From the NCBI GenBank assembly GCA_964386715.1, contig CAYLTD010000017.1, positions 18,344-82,343 on the forward strand: 64,000 nucleotides of DNA. Reading direction: 5' to 3'. Source of the DNA: an uncultured Bifidobacterium sp. (GTDB lineage Bacteria > Acidobacteriota > Vicinamibacteria > Vicinamibacterales > CAVVIG01). The notes below the pieces were generated by a model. It saw only the letters and a list, made by a program, of their open reading frames with translations, had not been told where the DNA came from and did not search any database. Below are positions 38,974 through 50,198 of this stretch, piece by piece (position 1 is the first letter of the stretch; every line of letters begins with the position of its first letter). The position numbers and the translations under genes are program-made.

Positions 38974-39152
38974 CTGCTCTTGGTGACGCCCGTGACGTCC
39001 CCGTCGAGCGCCAGCTTCCGGAAGCAGAGGCGGCACAGCGCGAACTTCCGCATGTAGGCACGGGGCCGGCCGCAGAGGTGGCACCGGTTGCGGAGCCGCA
39101 CCTTGAACTTGGGCGTCTTCTGTTCCTTGGCGATCTTTGCTGTCGTGGCCAT
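38967..39152 (-). CDS. rpsN: 30S ribosomal protein S14 type Z (Zn-binding)
   Basis: Track ORF 38967..39425 trimmed to [61 protein letters not shown] (61 aa, CxxC..CxxC). Confidence 0.95.
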   Translation of the reverse strand: MATTAKIAKEQKTPKFKVRLRNRCHLCGRPRAYMRKFALCRLCFRKLALDGDVTGVTKSSW

Positions 39153-39172
39153 GTCTGATTCCTTGGTCCTGC

Positions 39173-39712
39173 CTACTGCCGGAACGGCATGCCGATGAAC
39201 TGGAGGAGCTTGCGCGCCTCCTCGTCGGTCTTGGCCGTGGTCACCACCGAGACGTTCATCCCGCGCGCCTTGTCGACCTTCATGTAGTCGATCTCGGGGA
39301 ACAGCAGCTGGTCGCGGAGCCCCAGGGTGTAGTTGCCGCGGCCGTCGAAGCCCTTCGGCGACACGCCCTTGAAGTCGCGGACGCGGGGCAGGGCGATGGC
39401 GATGAGGCGGTCGAGGAACTCCCACATGCGCTCGCCGCGCAGCGTGACCATCGTGCCGATCGGCTGGCCCTGGCGCACCTTGAACTGCGCGATCGACTTC
39501 TTCGCGCGGCGGGTCACCGGCTTCTGGCCGGTGATGCGCGCGAGCTCGTCGGCGCCCGTGTCGATGATCTTGGCGTTGCCGGTCGCCTCGCCGAGGCCCA
39601 TGTTCACCACGACCTTCTCAATCTTCGGAATGGCCATCACGTTCGTGTAGCCGAATTCCTTCTTGAGCGCCGCGATGGCCTCCTTCTGGTACTTCTCCTT
39701 CAGGCGGTTCAT
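39173..39712 (-). CDS. rplE: 50S ribosomal protein L5
   Basis: Track ORF trimmed to [39 protein letters not shown], which gives an ATGA overlap with rplX. 179 aa. Confidence 0.97.
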   Translation of the reverse strand: MNRLKEKYQKEAIAALKKEFGYTNVMAIPKIEKVVVNMGLGEATGNAKIIDTGADELARITGQKPVTRRAKKSIAQFKVRQGQPIGTMVTLRGERMWEFLDRLIAIALPRVRDFKGVSPKGFDGRGNYTLGLRDQLLFPEIDYMKVDKARGMNVSVVTTAKTDEEARKLLQFIGMPFRQ

Positions 39713-40041
39713 TTGTCGACCACTCCCTCGCACTTGCGGCAGATGCGGACCTTGCGGCCATCGCCGAGGATCTTGCGACCCACGCGCGTCTGCTTGCCGC
39801 ACTCGGGGCAGACCAGCTGCACGTTGCTGGCGTGCACCGTGGCCTCGCGCTCGACGACGCCCCCCTTGATGTTGCGCTGCGGGTTCGGCTTCGTGTGGCG
39901 CTTGATGACGTTCACGCCCTCGACGATGAGGCGGTTCTTCTCCGGATCGACGCGCAGCACGCGACCGCGCTTGCCGCGGTCCTTGCCCGTGACGACCAGG
40001 ACGTTGTCGTTCTTCCGGATGGGTGTCGCTAGACGGCTCAT
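39709..40041 (-). CDS. rplX: 50S ribosomal protein L24 (with CxxC...CxxC zinc-ribbon insert)
   Basis: ...[22 protein letters not shown]...[20 protein letters not shown], 110 aa. Confidence 0.95.
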   Translation of the reverse strand: MSRLATPIRKNDNVLVVTGKDRGKRGRVLRVDPEKNRLIVEGVNVIKRHTKPNPQRNIKGGVVEREATVHASNVQLVCPECGKQTRVGRKILGDGRKVRICRKCEGVVDK

Positions 40042-40409
40042 TACAAAACCTCTGGCGCGAGCGAGATGATCTTCATGAACTTGCGCTCGCGCAGCTCGCG
40101 GGCCACCGGGCCGAACACGCGCGTGCCGATCGGCTCGCCCTGATCGTTGATGAGGACGGCCGCGTTGCGGTCGAATCGGATGTAGCTGCCGTCGCGGCGG
40201 CGCTGCTCCTTGACGGTCCGCACGATGACCGCCTTCACGACCTGGCCCTTCTTGACGTTGCCTTCGGGCGTTGCTTCCTTCACCGACGCCGTCACGATGT
40301 CACCGAGGCGGGCGTACCGGCCGGTGGAGCCGCCGATCGGATTGATGATGGCGATCTTGCGCGCGCCGGAATTGTCGGCGACATCGAGGATCGATCGCAT
40401 CTGAATCAT
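40041..40409 (-). CDS. rplN: 50S ribosomal protein L14
   Basis: [27 protein letters not shown]..., 122 aa. Confidence 0.97.
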   Translation of the reverse strand: MIQMRSILDVADNSGARKIAIINPIGGSTGRYARLGDIVTASVKEATPEGNVKKGQVVKAVIVRTVKEQRRRDGSYIRFDRNAAVLINDQGEPIGTRVFGPVARELRERKFMKIISLAPEVL

Positions 40410-40421
40410 GGCTGCTCCTCC

Positions 40422-40676
40422 CTAGACCTGCGCCGCCTGGCGGACGACACGCTTGAGGGCCCAACGCTTGCGGCGGCTCAGCGGGCGCGTCTCGACGATC
40501 TCGACCGTGTCGCCCACCTTCGCCTCGCCGTTCTCGTCGTGCACCATGAACTTGGAGGTGCGGCGCTCGGTCTTGCCGTACAGACCGTGGCGGACCTGCC
40601 ACTCGACCGCAACGACGATGCTCTTCTGCATCTTGTTGCTGACGACGATGCCCGTTTTCTCGGATTTCTGAGCCAT
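40422..40676 (-). CDS. rpsQ: 30S ribosomal protein S17
   Basis: ...[27 protein letters not shown]...[26 protein letters not shown], 84 aa. Confidence 0.96.
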   Translation of the reverse strand: MAQKSEKTGIVVSNKMQKSIVVAVEWQVRHGLYGKTERRTSKFMVHDENGEAKVGDTVEIVETRPLSRRKRWALKRVVRQAAQV

Positions 40677-40678
40677 AG

Positions 40679-40870
40679 CTACTTTGCCTGCTTCTGCCGG
40701 ATGACGGTCTTGATGCGCGCCAGGTCGCGCCGGACCGTCCGCAACTTGTCCGGAGCCTCCAGCTGTCCCATCGACTTCTGGATCCGCATGCGGAACAGCT
40801 GATCGGTGAGGTCGCGCTCCCGGGCGCCGAGTTCGTCGACCCCCAGGTCGCGGAGTTCCGCGGCCTTCAT
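40679..40870 (-). CDS. rpmC: 50S ribosomal protein L29
   Basis: Track ORF trimmed to [31 protein letters not shown]..., which gives an ATGA overlap with rplP. 63 aa. Confidence 0.93.
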   Translation of the reverse strand: MKAAELRDLGVDELGARERDLTDQLFRMRIQKSMGQLEAPDKLRTVRRDLARIKTVIRQKQAK

Positions 40871-41292
40871 GACACCTTCTCCTGCGCGAACCGGGTCGCG
40901 AACTTGGTGAGGATGGGCAGCTTCGCGGCGGCGAGCTTCATGGCCTGCCGGGCATCCGCCTCGCTCACGCCTTCCATCTCGAAGAGCACGCGGCCCGGCC
41001 GCACGACGCACACCCACTCTTCGGGTGCGCCCTTGCCCTTGCCCATGCGGGTTTCCTGCGGCTTCTTCGTGATCGGCTTGTCCGGGAAGACGCGCACCCA
41101 GATCTTGCCGCCGCGCTTGATGAACCGCGTCATCGCGATTCGGGCCGCCTCGATCTGTCGCGCCGTCAGCCAGCAGGGTTCGAGCGCCTTCAGCCCGAAG
41201 TCCCCGAAGGAAACGTCAGAGCCTCGCCAGGCCTTGCCGGCCATGCGCCCGCGCTGCTGCTTCCGGAACTTGACCTTCTTTGGCATCAACAT
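40867..41292 (-). CDS. rplP: 50S ribosomal protein L16
   Basis: [36 protein letters not shown]..., 141 aa. Confidence 0.97.
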   Translation of the reverse strand: MLMPKKVKFRKQQRGRMAGKAWRGSDVSFGDFGLKALEPCWLTARQIEAARIAMTRFIKRGGKIWVRVFPDKPITKKPQETRMGKGKGAPEEWVCVVRPGRVLFEMEGVSEADARQAMKLAAAKLPILTKFATRFAQEKVS

Positions 41293-41304
41293 CGCTGTAA
41301 TCCT

Positions 41305-41391
41305 CGTCGGGTCGGGCCGGACCGTCTGGTGCGCCGGGAGGGACGCTGCTCAACCTCCCCGACCATCCTGACCGACCCGGCCGTCCTGACC
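41305..41391. repeat. degenerate word-repeat element (GTCGGG/GGCCGG vs CCTGACC/CCGACC words)
   Basis: The left part reads CGTCGGGTCGGGCCGGACCGTCTGG and the right part CCCCGACCATCCTGACCGACCCGGCCGTCCTGACC. Only 6-7-bp blocks can pair, so it is weaker than the other elements. It lies in the rpsC-rplP spacer. Confidence 0.35.
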
Positions 41392-41394
41392 TTC

Positions 41395-42084
<690 letters not shown>

Positions 42085-42086
42085 GG

Positions 42087-42500
42087 CTACTCCTTATCCT
42101 TCTGCGTCTTGCGCGCGCGCTTCGTACCCTCGCCGGCGCCGACCGGCTTCACCTTCTCCGGACGCTCTGCCACCTGCACCGTGAGGTGCGCCGTCCGCTT
42201 GATCACCCGGTATGCCCGGCCCATCGGCGCGGGACGCACGCGCTTCTGCGAGGGACCTTGGTTGGCATAGCACGCCTGCACGTAGAGGCGGTCGACGTCG
42301 CCGCCGAACCCGTCCTTCTGCTGGGCGTTCGCGATCGCCGACCGCAGGACCTTGGCGATGTCCTCGGCAATCGACTTGCGCGTGAACTTCAGCGTCGCCA
42401 GCGCGCGGTTGACGTCCTTGCCGCGGATCAGCGCCATCACGAGCCCAGCCTTCTGCGCCGAGGTCCGGACGTACTTCGCCGTTGCCTTCGCTTCGACCAT
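42087..42500 (-). CDS. rplV: 50S ribosomal protein L22
   Basis: [39 protein letters not shown]..., 137 aa. Confidence 0.96.
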   Translation of the reverse strand: MVEAKATAKYVRTSAQKAGLVMALIRGKDVNRALATLKFTRKSIAEDIAKVLRSAIANAQQKDGFGGDVDRLYVQACYANQGPSQKRVRPAPMGRAYRVIKRTAHLTVQVAERPEKVKPVGAGEGTKRARKTQKDKE

Positions 42501-42509
42501 GACTCGCTC

Positions 42510-42808
<299 letters not shown>

Positions 42809-42809
<1 letters not shown>

Positions 42810-43633
42810 TACTTCTGTCTCCGCTGCACGATGAACTTGTCGGTGGTCTTGCGGTTCCGGGTCTTGAATCCCTTGGTCGGCTGGCCCCACGGCGACACCG
42901 GATGGCGGCCGCCGGAGGTCTTGCCCTCACCGCCGCCGAGCGGGTGATCCACCGGGTTCATCGCCACGCCGCGGTTGTGCGGGCGACGACCGAGCCACCG
43001 GCTCCGTCCCGCCTTGCCGAGCGACACGTTCTCGTGGTCCAGGTTCCCCACCTGCCCGACCGTCGCGAGACACTCGATGAAGATCTTGCGCACCTCGCCC
43101 GAGGGCATCTTCACCGACGCGTAGTCGCCTTCCTTGGCGACCAGCTGGACGGACGACCCGGCGCTGCGCGCGATCTGGCCGCCCTTGCCGGGCTTCAGCT
43201 CCACGTTGTGGATGAGCGTGCCCAGGGGGATGTTTCGCAGCGGCAGCGCATTCCCCGGCAGGATGTCCACCGTCGGGCCCGACACGATCGTGTCGCCAAC
43301 CTTCAGGCCGACGGGCTGCAGGATGTAGCGCTTCTCGCCGTCGGCATAGGTGAGCAGGGCGATCCGCGCCGAACGGTTCGGGTCGTACTCGATCGTCGAC
43401 ACCTTCGCGGGGATCCCGTGCTTGTCCCGCTTGAAGTCGATGATCCGGTACATCCGCTTGTGCCCGCCACCACGCCACCACGACGTCAGCTCGCCACGGT
43501 TGTTGCGGCCCCCGGAGCGGTGCAGCTTCTCGACGAGCGGCTTGTACGGCTCCGAGGTCGTGATCTCGTCGAAGGTCTGGACCGTCTTGAAGCGGGTCCC
43601 GGGCGACGTCGGATTCAGCTTGCGAATGGGCAT
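42809..43633 (-). CDS. rplB: 50S ribosomal protein L2
   Basis: [25 protein letters not shown]...[15 protein letters not shown]...[26 protein letters not shown], 274 aa. Confidence 0.97.
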
Positions 43634-43635
43634 GA

Positions 43636-43932
43636 TTACGCGCCCTCCAGGAATTCAGGCATCTTCTGGCCTTCGCGCAGCGTTACGTAGGCCTTCTTCC
43701 AGTCCGGGCGCTGGCCGACGTAGCGGCCCTGCCGCTTGATTTTGCCGTGGGCAATGCTCGTCCGGATGCCGGCGACCTTGGCGCCGAGCAGCTTCTCGAC
43801 GGCCGTGCGAATCTGCACCTTGTTGGCGTCGCGGGCCACCTCGAACACGATCGTCCGGCCATCCTCGCGGATGATCGACGTCTTCTCGGTGATGAGCGGC
43901 CGGCGGATGATGTCGGTGAGCTTGATGTGCAT
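43636..43932 (-). CDS. rplW: 50S ribosomal protein L23
   Basis: Track ORF 43636..44367 trimmed to [23 protein letters not shown]...[13 protein letters not shown]. 98 aa. Confidence 0.95.
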   Translation of the reverse strand: MHIKLTDIIRRPLITEKTSIIREDGRTIVFEVARDANKVQIRTAVEKLLGAKVAGIRTSIAHGKIKRQGRYVGQRPDWKKAYVTLREGQKMPEFLEGA

Positions 43933-43934
43933 GA

Positions 43935-44555
43935 CTAGGCCAGCGCCTCCTGCAGCTTCTCGAGCGCGCTGCGCGTGGCCACGACCCGGGTCGCGTTCGC
44001 GACGTCGCGCGCCGTCAGACGCGAACTGGGAATCGCCGCCACGCCGGGCAGGTTGCGCACCGAGCGCGCGAACTTGTCGTCCAGCGTCACGTCCACGAGC
44101 ACGGCCTTGCCCGTCACACCCAGTCGCTTGAGGGTGGCGGCGGCGGTCTTGGTCTTCACCTCGGCCTGCGCCAGCGCGTCGACGACGATCAGGCTGCCGT
44201 CCTGGAGCTTGGCCGCCAGCGCGGCGCGCAGCGCCCCGCGTTCGACCTTCCGGGGCAGCGTGTACTCGTAGCTGCGGGGCTGCGGGCCGAACACCGTGCC
44301 GCCCTTCCGCCACAGCGGGTTGCGGATCTCGCCGACGCGGGCGCGACCGGTCCCCTTCTGCCGCCACGGCTTCTTGCCGCTGCCGCTGACAAGGGCGCGG
44401 TTCTTCGTGGCATGGGTGCCCTGCCGGTCCGCCGCGTTGGCGCGCACGACCGACTCCCAGACGAGGCCGGTGTTGATGCGGCCGCCGAACACGTCCTCCC
44501 GGACGTCGAGGGCGCCGACCTTTTCGTTGTTGTTGTTGACGACGTCAATCTGCAT
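43935..44555 (-). CDS. rplD: 50S ribosomal protein L4
   Basis: ...GTHATKNRALVSGSGKKPWRQKGTGRARVGEIRNPLWRKGGTVFGP..., 206 aa. Confidence 0.97.
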   Translation of the reverse strand: MQIDVVNNNNEKVGALDVREDVFGGRINTGLVWESVVRANAADRQGTHATKNRALVSGSGKKPWRQKGTGRARVGEIRNPLWRKGGTVFGPQPRSYEYTLPRKVERGALRAALAAKLQDGSLIVVDALAQAEVKTKTAAATLKRLGVTGKAVLVDVTLDDKFARSVRNLPGVAAIPSSRLTARDVANATRVVATRSALEKLQEALA

Positions 44556-44647
44556 AAACTCACCCGCTGGTGACGGGGAGAGCTGGGCCGCGGTCGAGGC
44601 CGGACGCGGCCGAACCGCGCCACCTCACCCGAGCGCCAACCCGCCGA

Positions 44648-45328
44648 TTACTTCTTGCCCTTCTTCGGCTTCTCGACCTGGGCCACCTTGATCCGCTTCG
44701 CCGTGAGCGCCTTCCGGATCACGACGTAGCCGGTCGGGGCGCCAGGAATGCCGCCCTCCACGATGAGGAGGTTGTTCTCCGCGTCCACCCGCAGCACCTT
44801 GAGGTTGTGGATCGTCGTCCGGGCGCCGCCCATGCGGCCCCCGGCGCGCATGCCCTTGACCACGCGCGACGGGAACGACGACGCACCGATGGACCCCGGG
44901 GCCCGATGGAACATGGAGCCGTGCGTCGCGGCGCCACCACCGAAGTGGTGCCGCTTCATGACGCCCTGGAAGCCCTTGCCGCGGCCGGTGCCGATGACGT
45001 CCACCCGCTCGCCGCTGGCGAAGATGGACGCGAGCACCTGATCCCCGACCTTCGGGGCATCACCGCCGGAAGCCACCTTCACCTCGCGGCGCACGCGGGT
45101 CGGCGGGACACCCGCCTTCTTGTAGTGCCCCTGGAGCGGCTTGCCGACCTTGGCCGGCTGCTCCTCCACCAGACCCAGCTGCACGGCCGCATAGCCGTCG
45201 GTCTGGACGTCCTTCGCCTGCACGACGACACAGGGGCCCGCCTTGATCACCGTCGCCGGATGGATCGTGCCATCCGCGTCGAAGATCTGGGTCATGCCCA
45301 CTTTCCTGCCGATGATTCCGTTCACCAT
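44648..45328 (-). CDS. rplC: 50S ribosomal protein L3
   Basis: [28 protein letters not shown]...[20 protein letters not shown], 226 aa. Confidence 0.97.
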   Translation of the reverse strand: MVNGIIGRKVGMTQIFDADGTIHPATVIKAGPCVVVQAKDVQTDGYAAVQLGLVEEQPAKVGKPLQGHYKKAGVPPTRVRREVKVASGGDAPKVGDQVLASIFASGERVDVIGTGRGKGFQGVMKRHHFGGGAATHGSMFHRAPGSIGASSFPSRVVKGMRAGGRMGGARTTIHNLKVLRVDAENNLLIVEGGIPGAPTGYVVIRKALTAKRIKVAQVEKPKKGKK

Positions 45329-45342
45329 GTCAGATACCTGGA

Positions 45343-45412
45343 ATTGCTGATTGCCGATTGCTGACGTGAAGAGTCCGACTCAATCAGCGATCAACGATGG
45401 GCAATGGGCAAG
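45343..45412. repeat. word-repeat hairpin element with a different vocabulary (ATTGCTG/ATTGCCG heptamers vs CAATCAG/CGATCAA/CAATGGG)
   Basis: Period-7 tandem words on both arms. ATTGCTGATTG pairs with CAATCAGCGAT with 1 mismatch. It lies in the rpsJ-rplC spacer. Confidence 0.65.
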
Positions 45413-45751
<339 letters not shown>

Positions 45752-45805
45752 TTCTCTGCTTCTCGCTGGCGCTGGGCTCTAGGCGGTGGGCGCTAGGCCA
45801 GACGG

Positions 45806-47914
45806 TTACTTGCCCTGCATGCGAGCGACGACTTCGTCGCTCACGTTCTGCGGCGCCGGCTCGTACCGGTCGAAGTGCATCGAGTAGCTCGCCCGGCCCT
45901 GGGTGCGCGACCGCAGGTCCGTGGCATAGCCGAACATCTCCGACAGCGGCACCCGGGCGGCCACGATCTGCGTGCCGCCGCGGTCCTCCTGCGACTGGAT
46001 CTGGCCGCGCCGGCTCGAGAGGTTGCCCATCACGTCGCCCATGTACTCCTTGGGCACCGTGACCTCGACGCGCATGATCGGCTCGAGCAGCACCGGCTTC
46101 GCCTTCTTGGCCGCGTCCTGGAACGCCATCGATCCGGCGATCTTGAACGCCATTTCCGACGAGTCGACGTCGTGATAGGAGCCGTCGTACAGCTCCACCT
46201 TCACGTCGTCGATCGGGTAGCCCGCCAGCACGCCGCGCGTGAGGGCTTCCTTGATGCCCTCGTCGATCGGCTTGATGAATTCCTTCGGGATCGCCCCGCC
46301 GACGATGCCGTTCTCGAAGATGTAGCCCGTGCCCGGCTCGCCGGGGAAGACATGGATCTTCGCGTGGCCGTACTGTCCGCGGCCGCCCGTCTGCTTGGCG
46401 TACTTCATCTCGCCGTCAGCCGGACGGGTGAGCGTTTCCTTGTAGGCGACCTGCGGCTTGCCGACCATCGCTTCGACGCCGAACTCGCGCTTCAGGCGAT
46501 CGACGATGATCTCGAGGTGCAGTTCGCCCATGCCGCGGATGATCGTCTGCCCGGTCTGGATGTCGCTGTTGACGCGGAACGTCGGGTCCTCGGCCATCAG
46601 CTTCGCCAGGCCCTGCCCGAGCTTCTCCTGGTCGCTCTTCGTCTTGGGCTCGATCGCCAGCGAGATGACCGGCTCGGGGAAGTCCATCGACTCGAGCACG
46701 ATCGTGTGCTTCTCGTCGCACAGCGTGTCACCCGTGCTCACGCTCTTCAGGCCGACCGCCGCGGCGATGTCGCCCGCGTAGACCTCCTTGATTTCCTCAC
46801 GCTTGTTCGCGTGCATCTTCAGGAGGCGGCCGATGCGCTCGTTCTTCTGCTTCGTCGAGTTGTAGATCGTCGAGCCCGACTGCAGGACGCCGGAGTAGAC
46901 ACGGAAGAAGGTGAGCTGACCTACGAAGGGGTCGGTCATGATCTTGAACGCCAGCGCCGCGAAGGGCTGGTCGTCGGCGGCCTTGCGCTCGATCGGCACA
47001 TCCTCGGGCTTGGAAGGGTCGAGGCCCTCGATCGAGGGGATGTCGAGCGGCGACGGCAGGTAGTCCACCACCGCGTCGAGCAGCGGCTGCACGCCCTTGT
47101 TCTTGAACGCCGACCCGCAGAGCACCGGCACGAACGCGCCCTCGCTCTTCGAGTGCACGGAGGAGATGACGCGCTTGCGCAGCGCCGCCTTGATCTCTTC
47201 CTCGGTGATCTCCTCGCCGGCCAGGTACTTCTCGAGCAGCTTGTCGTCGGCCTCGCTGACCTTCTCGAGGAGCTGCTCGCGGTAGTGCTGCGCCTCGGCC
47301 ATCATGTCGGCCGGGATCTCGCCGACGATGTAGTCGGCGCCCATCGTCTCGTCCTTGTAGGTGATCGACTTCATCTTGACGACGTCGACCACGCCGATGA
47401 ACTTGTCCTCGGCGCCGATGGGCAGCTGGATCGCGACCGGGTTCGCCTCGAGCTTCGAGATGATCTGGTCGAAGGTGCGCTTGAAGTTCGCGCCGATGCG
47501 GTCCATCTTGTTGACGAAGCAGATCCGCGGGACGCGGTACTTGTCCGCCTGGCGCCAGACCGTCTCGGACTGCGGCTCGACGCCGGCCACCGAGTCGAAC
47601 ACGGCGACCGCGCCGTCGAGCACGCGCAACGACCGCTCGACTTCCGCAGTGAAGTCCACGTGGCCAGGCGTGTCGATGATGTTGATGCGCTGATCGCGCC
47701 AGAAGCAGGTGGTCGCGGCAGACGTGATCGTGATGCCGCGTTCCTGCTCCTGCTCCATCCAGTCCATCACGGCGGTGCCTTCGTGCACCTCGCCGATCTT
47801 GTACGTGATGCCCGTGTAGAACAGGATGCGTTCCGTGGTGGTGGTCTTGCCGGCATCGATGTGCGCCATGATGCCGATGTTGCGCGTCCGGTTGAGCGGT
47901 GTCTGTCTTGGCAT
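45806..47914 (-). CDS. fusA: elongation factor G (canonical)
   Basis: [35 protein letters not shown]..., 702 aa, at the str-operon position after rpsG. Confidence 0.98.
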   Translation of the reverse strand: MPRQTPLNRTRNIGIMAHIDAGKTTTTERILFYTGITYKIGEVHEGTAVMDWMEQEQERGITITSAATTCFWRDQRINIIDTPGHVDFTAEVERSLRVLDGAVAVFDSVAGVEPQSETVWRQADKYRVPRICFVNKMDRIGANFKRTFDQIISKLEANPVAIQLPIGAEDKFIGVVDVVKMKSITYKDETMGADYIVGEIPADMMAEAQHYREQLLEKVSEADDKLLEKYLAGEEITEEEIKAALRKRVISSVHSKSEGAFVPVLCGSAFKNKGVQPLLDAVVDYLPSPLDIPSIEGLDPSKPEDVPIERKAADDQPFAALAFKIMTDPFVGQLTFFRVYSGVLQSGSTIYNSTKQKNERIGRLLKMHANKREEIKEVYAGDIAAAVGLKSVSTGDTLCDEKHTIVLESMDFPEPVISLAIEPKTKSDQEKLGQGLAKLMAEDPTFRVNSDIQTGQTIIRGMGELHLEIIVDRLKREFGVEAMVGKPQVAYKETLTRPADGEMKYAKQTGGRGQYGHAKIHVFPGEPGTGYIFENGIVGGAIPKEFIKPIDEGIKEALTRGVLAGYPIDDVKVELYDGSYHDVDSSEMAFKIAGSMAFQDAAKKAKPVLLEPIMRVEVTVPKEYMGDVMGNLSSRRGQIQSQEDRGGTQIVAARVPLSEMFGYATDLRSRTQGRASYSMHFDRYEPAPQNVSDEVVARMQGK

Positions 47915-47926
47915 TACCTAACCAAC

Positions 47927-48017
47927 TTGGTGACTTCGTGAATTGGCGATCTGGTGATGTGGCGGCGGGCGACGCAGTCGCAGGAAACAGTCCGCCAGAT
48001 CACCAACTCTCCAACTG
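47927..48017. repeat. word-repeat hairpin element (TTGGTGA/TTCGTGA/TTGGCGA/CTGGTGA vs CCGCCAGATCACCAA...)
   Basis: On the mRNA strand TTGGTGATCTGGCGG pairs with CCGCCAcATCACCAA (15 bp, 1 mismatch). An inner hairpin GCGAC-gca-GTCGC lies at 47970-47982. It lies in the rpsG-fusA spacer (111 nt). Confidence 0.7.
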
Positions 48018-48025
48018 CCCCATCC

Positions 48026-48499
48026 CTACCAGCGATAGTGCGCGAACGCCTTGTTGGCCTCGGCCATGCGGTGCGTGTCTTCGCGCTTCTTGACGGCGCC
48101 CCCGCGGAGGTTCGCGGCATCCATCAGCTCGTTCGCCAGCTTCTCCTGCATCGTCTTGCCGTCGCCACGGGCCGTGGCATAGCCGACGATCCAGCGAAGG
48201 CTCAGGGAGAGGCGACGATTCGGGTTGACCTCGACCGGCACCTGGTAGTTCGAGCCGCCGACGCGACGCGACTTGACCTCGAGGCTCGGCTTGACGTTGT
48301 CGATCGCCTTCTTGAAGACCTTCAGCGGGTCGTCGCCGGTCTTCTCCTTGATGATGTCGAAGCTCTTGTAGAGGATGCGCTCGGCCGTGCTGCGCTTCCC
48401 GTCGCTCATGACGCAGTTGATGAACTTGCTCACGAGCGCGCTGTCGTAGAGCGGATCGGGCGCGATGTCGCGCTTCGGAATCTCTCGTCGTCGAGGCAT
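48026..48499 (-). CDS. rpsG: 30S ribosomal protein S7
   Basis: [40 protein letters not shown]..., 157 aa. Confidence 0.97.
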   Translation of the reverse strand: MPRRREIPKRDIAPDPLYDSALVSKFINCVMSDGKRSTAERILYKSFDIIKEKTGDDPLKVFKKAIDNVKPSLEVKSRRVGGSNYQVPVEVNPNRRLSLSLRWIVGYATARGDGKTMQEKLANELMDAANLRGGAVKKREDTHRMAEANKAFAHYRW

Positions 48500-48511
48500 A
48501 ACACTGAATCC

Positions 48512-48889
48512 TCAGGCCTTCTTCGGGCGCTTCGCCCCGTACTTGGAACGTCCCTGCATGCGACCCTGCACGCCCACCGCGTCCAGGGTGCCGCGCACGA
48601 CGTGGTAGCGAACACCCGGGAGGTCCTTCACGCGGCCGCCGCGGATGAGCACGAGCGAGTGCTCCTGCAGGTTGTGCCCCACACCGGGGATATAGGTGGT
48701 GACCTCGATCCCGTTGGTCAGGCGGACGCGTGCCACCTTGCGAAGCGCCGAGTTCGGCTTCTTCGGCGTCTGCGTGAACACGCGGACGCAGACGCCACGC
48801 TTCTGCGGGCTGTCCTGCAGGGCCGGGCTCTTGGTCTTCGTTACGATCTTCTTCCGCCCGGCACGAACCAGCTGGCTGATAGTCGGCAT
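48512..48889 (-). CDS. rpsL: 30S ribosomal protein S12
   Basis: Track ORF 48512..49252 trimmed to the universal start [25 protein letters not shown]... 125 aa. Confidence 0.96.
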   Translation of the reverse strand: MPTISQLVRAGRKKIVTKTKSPALQDSPQKRGVCVRVFTQTPKKPNSALRKVARVRLTNGIEVTTYIPGVGHNLQEHSLVLIRGGRVKDLPGVRYHVVRGTLDAVGVQGRMQGRSKYGAKRPKKA

Positions 48890-49222
48890 AAAGCAATGAG
48901 CGTCCAAATCCAAAAGACAACAGCGAACGCCGCGGACGCCTCGGCGGCGGTTCGCCTGCGCCGGGCGTTCATCCCGGCAGCGTTCCAGGCCTAGAAGCCT
49001 CGCGGCTTGGCGCCTGAAACTGATTACCCTATGACTCGAAAAATGGTCGCGCGACGGAGTGGTCGGCCCGGTGCCCTTCGCCCTGCCGGGAACATCCCCG
49101 GGAGCGGGCCGGTCAACTGACTTCCTGCGAGTCGCCTCCCCGCCACTTGCCGGGGACGCAGCCCTGAACGCGTCGAAGGGCCGGAGCCAGATAGGGTGTC
49201 CTAGCTCCGACAGAACCTGACG

Positions 49223-49252
49223 AATATAGCACGGGCCCCGCAGCCGGAGCAA
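49223..49252 (-). promoter_or_regulatory. candidate sigma70-type promoter (TTGCTC-N18-TATATT) upstream of rpsL
   Basis: Read on the minus strand, about 335 nt upstream of the rpsL ATG. Confidence 0.3.
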
Positions 49253-49285
49253 TCACGAGCAGCCCCACTGCTGACCAGACCGCCT

Positions 49286-49313
49286 ATCTTACTGCAGGAG
49301 TCCTGGCCTTCAA
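49286..49313 (-). promoter_or_regulatory. candidate sigma70-type promoter (TTGAAG-N16-TAAGAT) upstream of rpsL
   Basis: Read on the minus strand. It lies just downstream of the T8 tract and about 395 nt upstream of the rpsL ATG. Confidence 0.35.
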
Positions 49314-49324
49314 CACCGTGGAGC

Positions 49325-49348
49325 AAAAAAAACGCCCACGTGGGGGGC
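49325..49348 (-). terminator. T8 tract preceded by GC-rich palindromic sequence, downstream of the PP2C gene
   Basis: The minus strand reads GGCCCCCCACGTGGGCG-TTTTTTTT. The T8 run is striking in this GC-rich DNA, but the possible stems are short (3-4 bp). Confidence 0.4.
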
Positions 49349-49380
49349 CGGACCCCGGTGCGAGACCAGCTGCTGGACGT

Positions 49381-50184
49381 TCAGGCAGGATGACTGGGAC
49401 CGGACCAGGCAGGGTGGCGGGACGACACCCGAAACACCACGGCCGTGCAGTTGTCGCGGCTGCCCTGCTCGATGGCGCTCCGCACCAGCCGTTCGGCCGC
49501 CGCCTGCACATCCGGCCCGCCGCACGGGGCCGCCAGATCCTCAGCCCTCAGGACGCCGTGCACGCCGTCCGTCGTCAGGACGATGGTGGCAGTCTCCGGG
49601 AGGGGATGTTCCACAAGGTGCACGGACACCGTGGGACGCGAGCCGAGCACGCTGGTCAGGGCGTGCCGCATGGGATGCGCCTTCAGCAGCGCCGCGTCGA
49701 GCTGCGGATCGCGGGCCAGCATGGCGGCTACCCAGGAATCATCCTCCGTCAACTGGCGGGCGCGCCCCTCGTCCACCGCGTAACACCGGCTGTCGCCTAC
49801 GTGAGCGACCGCCAGCGTGCCGCCGGTCACGAGGGCCGCCACGATGGTCGTTCCCATGCCCGCGTACTGCGGCGAGGCGGACGCGGTCGCGAAGAGGCGG
49901 GCGTTGGCCACGTGCACCGCGGTGCGCAGCAGGTTGCCTCGCGCCGAACAGGCGGGGTCGTACCCGTAGGGCCAGCTGGTCGTGACCCCGCAGTTCGAGA
50001 CGTGCTCCACGACCGTCTCGACCGCCAGGCGCGAGGCGACTTCTCCGGCGTTATGGCCACCCATGCCGTCGGCCACGACGCATAGCTGGAGCCGCGCATC
50101 GAGCGCGAAGCAGTCCTCGTTGGTGGGCCGGATGCGGCCGCGATCCGTCACGCCGTGCGCCTGAAGTCCTGCGAGGGTGTGCAT
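49381..50184 (-). CDS. PP2C-family Ser/Thr protein phosphatase
   Basis: MHTLAGLQAHGVTDRGRIRPTNEDCFAL...CVVADGMGGHNAGEVAS...TDGVHGVL...SRDNCTAVVF, 267 aa. Confidence 0.9.
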   Translation of the reverse strand: MHTLAGLQAHGVTDRGRIRPTNEDCFALDARLQLCVVADGMGGHNAGEVASRLAVETVVEHVSNCGVTTSWPYGYDPACSARGNLLRTAVHVANARLFATASASPQYAGMGTTIVAALVTGGTLAVAHVGDSRCYAVDEGRARQLTEDDSWVAAMLARDPQLDAALLKAHPMRHALTSVLGSRPTVSVHLVEHPLPETATIVLTTDGVHGVLRAEDLAAPCGGPDVQAAAERLVRSAIEQGSRDNCTAVVFRVSSRHPAWSGPSHPA

Positions 50185-50198
50185 GCTGTCGGTCGTAT

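Noticed and set aside
48890-49252. 120-codon N-terminal extension of the rpsL ORF in the track (246 aa in total).
   Set aside because: S12 starts universally with MPTI(S/N)QL. The extension is Arg/Pro/Gly-rich with no similarity to anything I know, and it contains promoter-like boxes. I treated it as non-coding leader.
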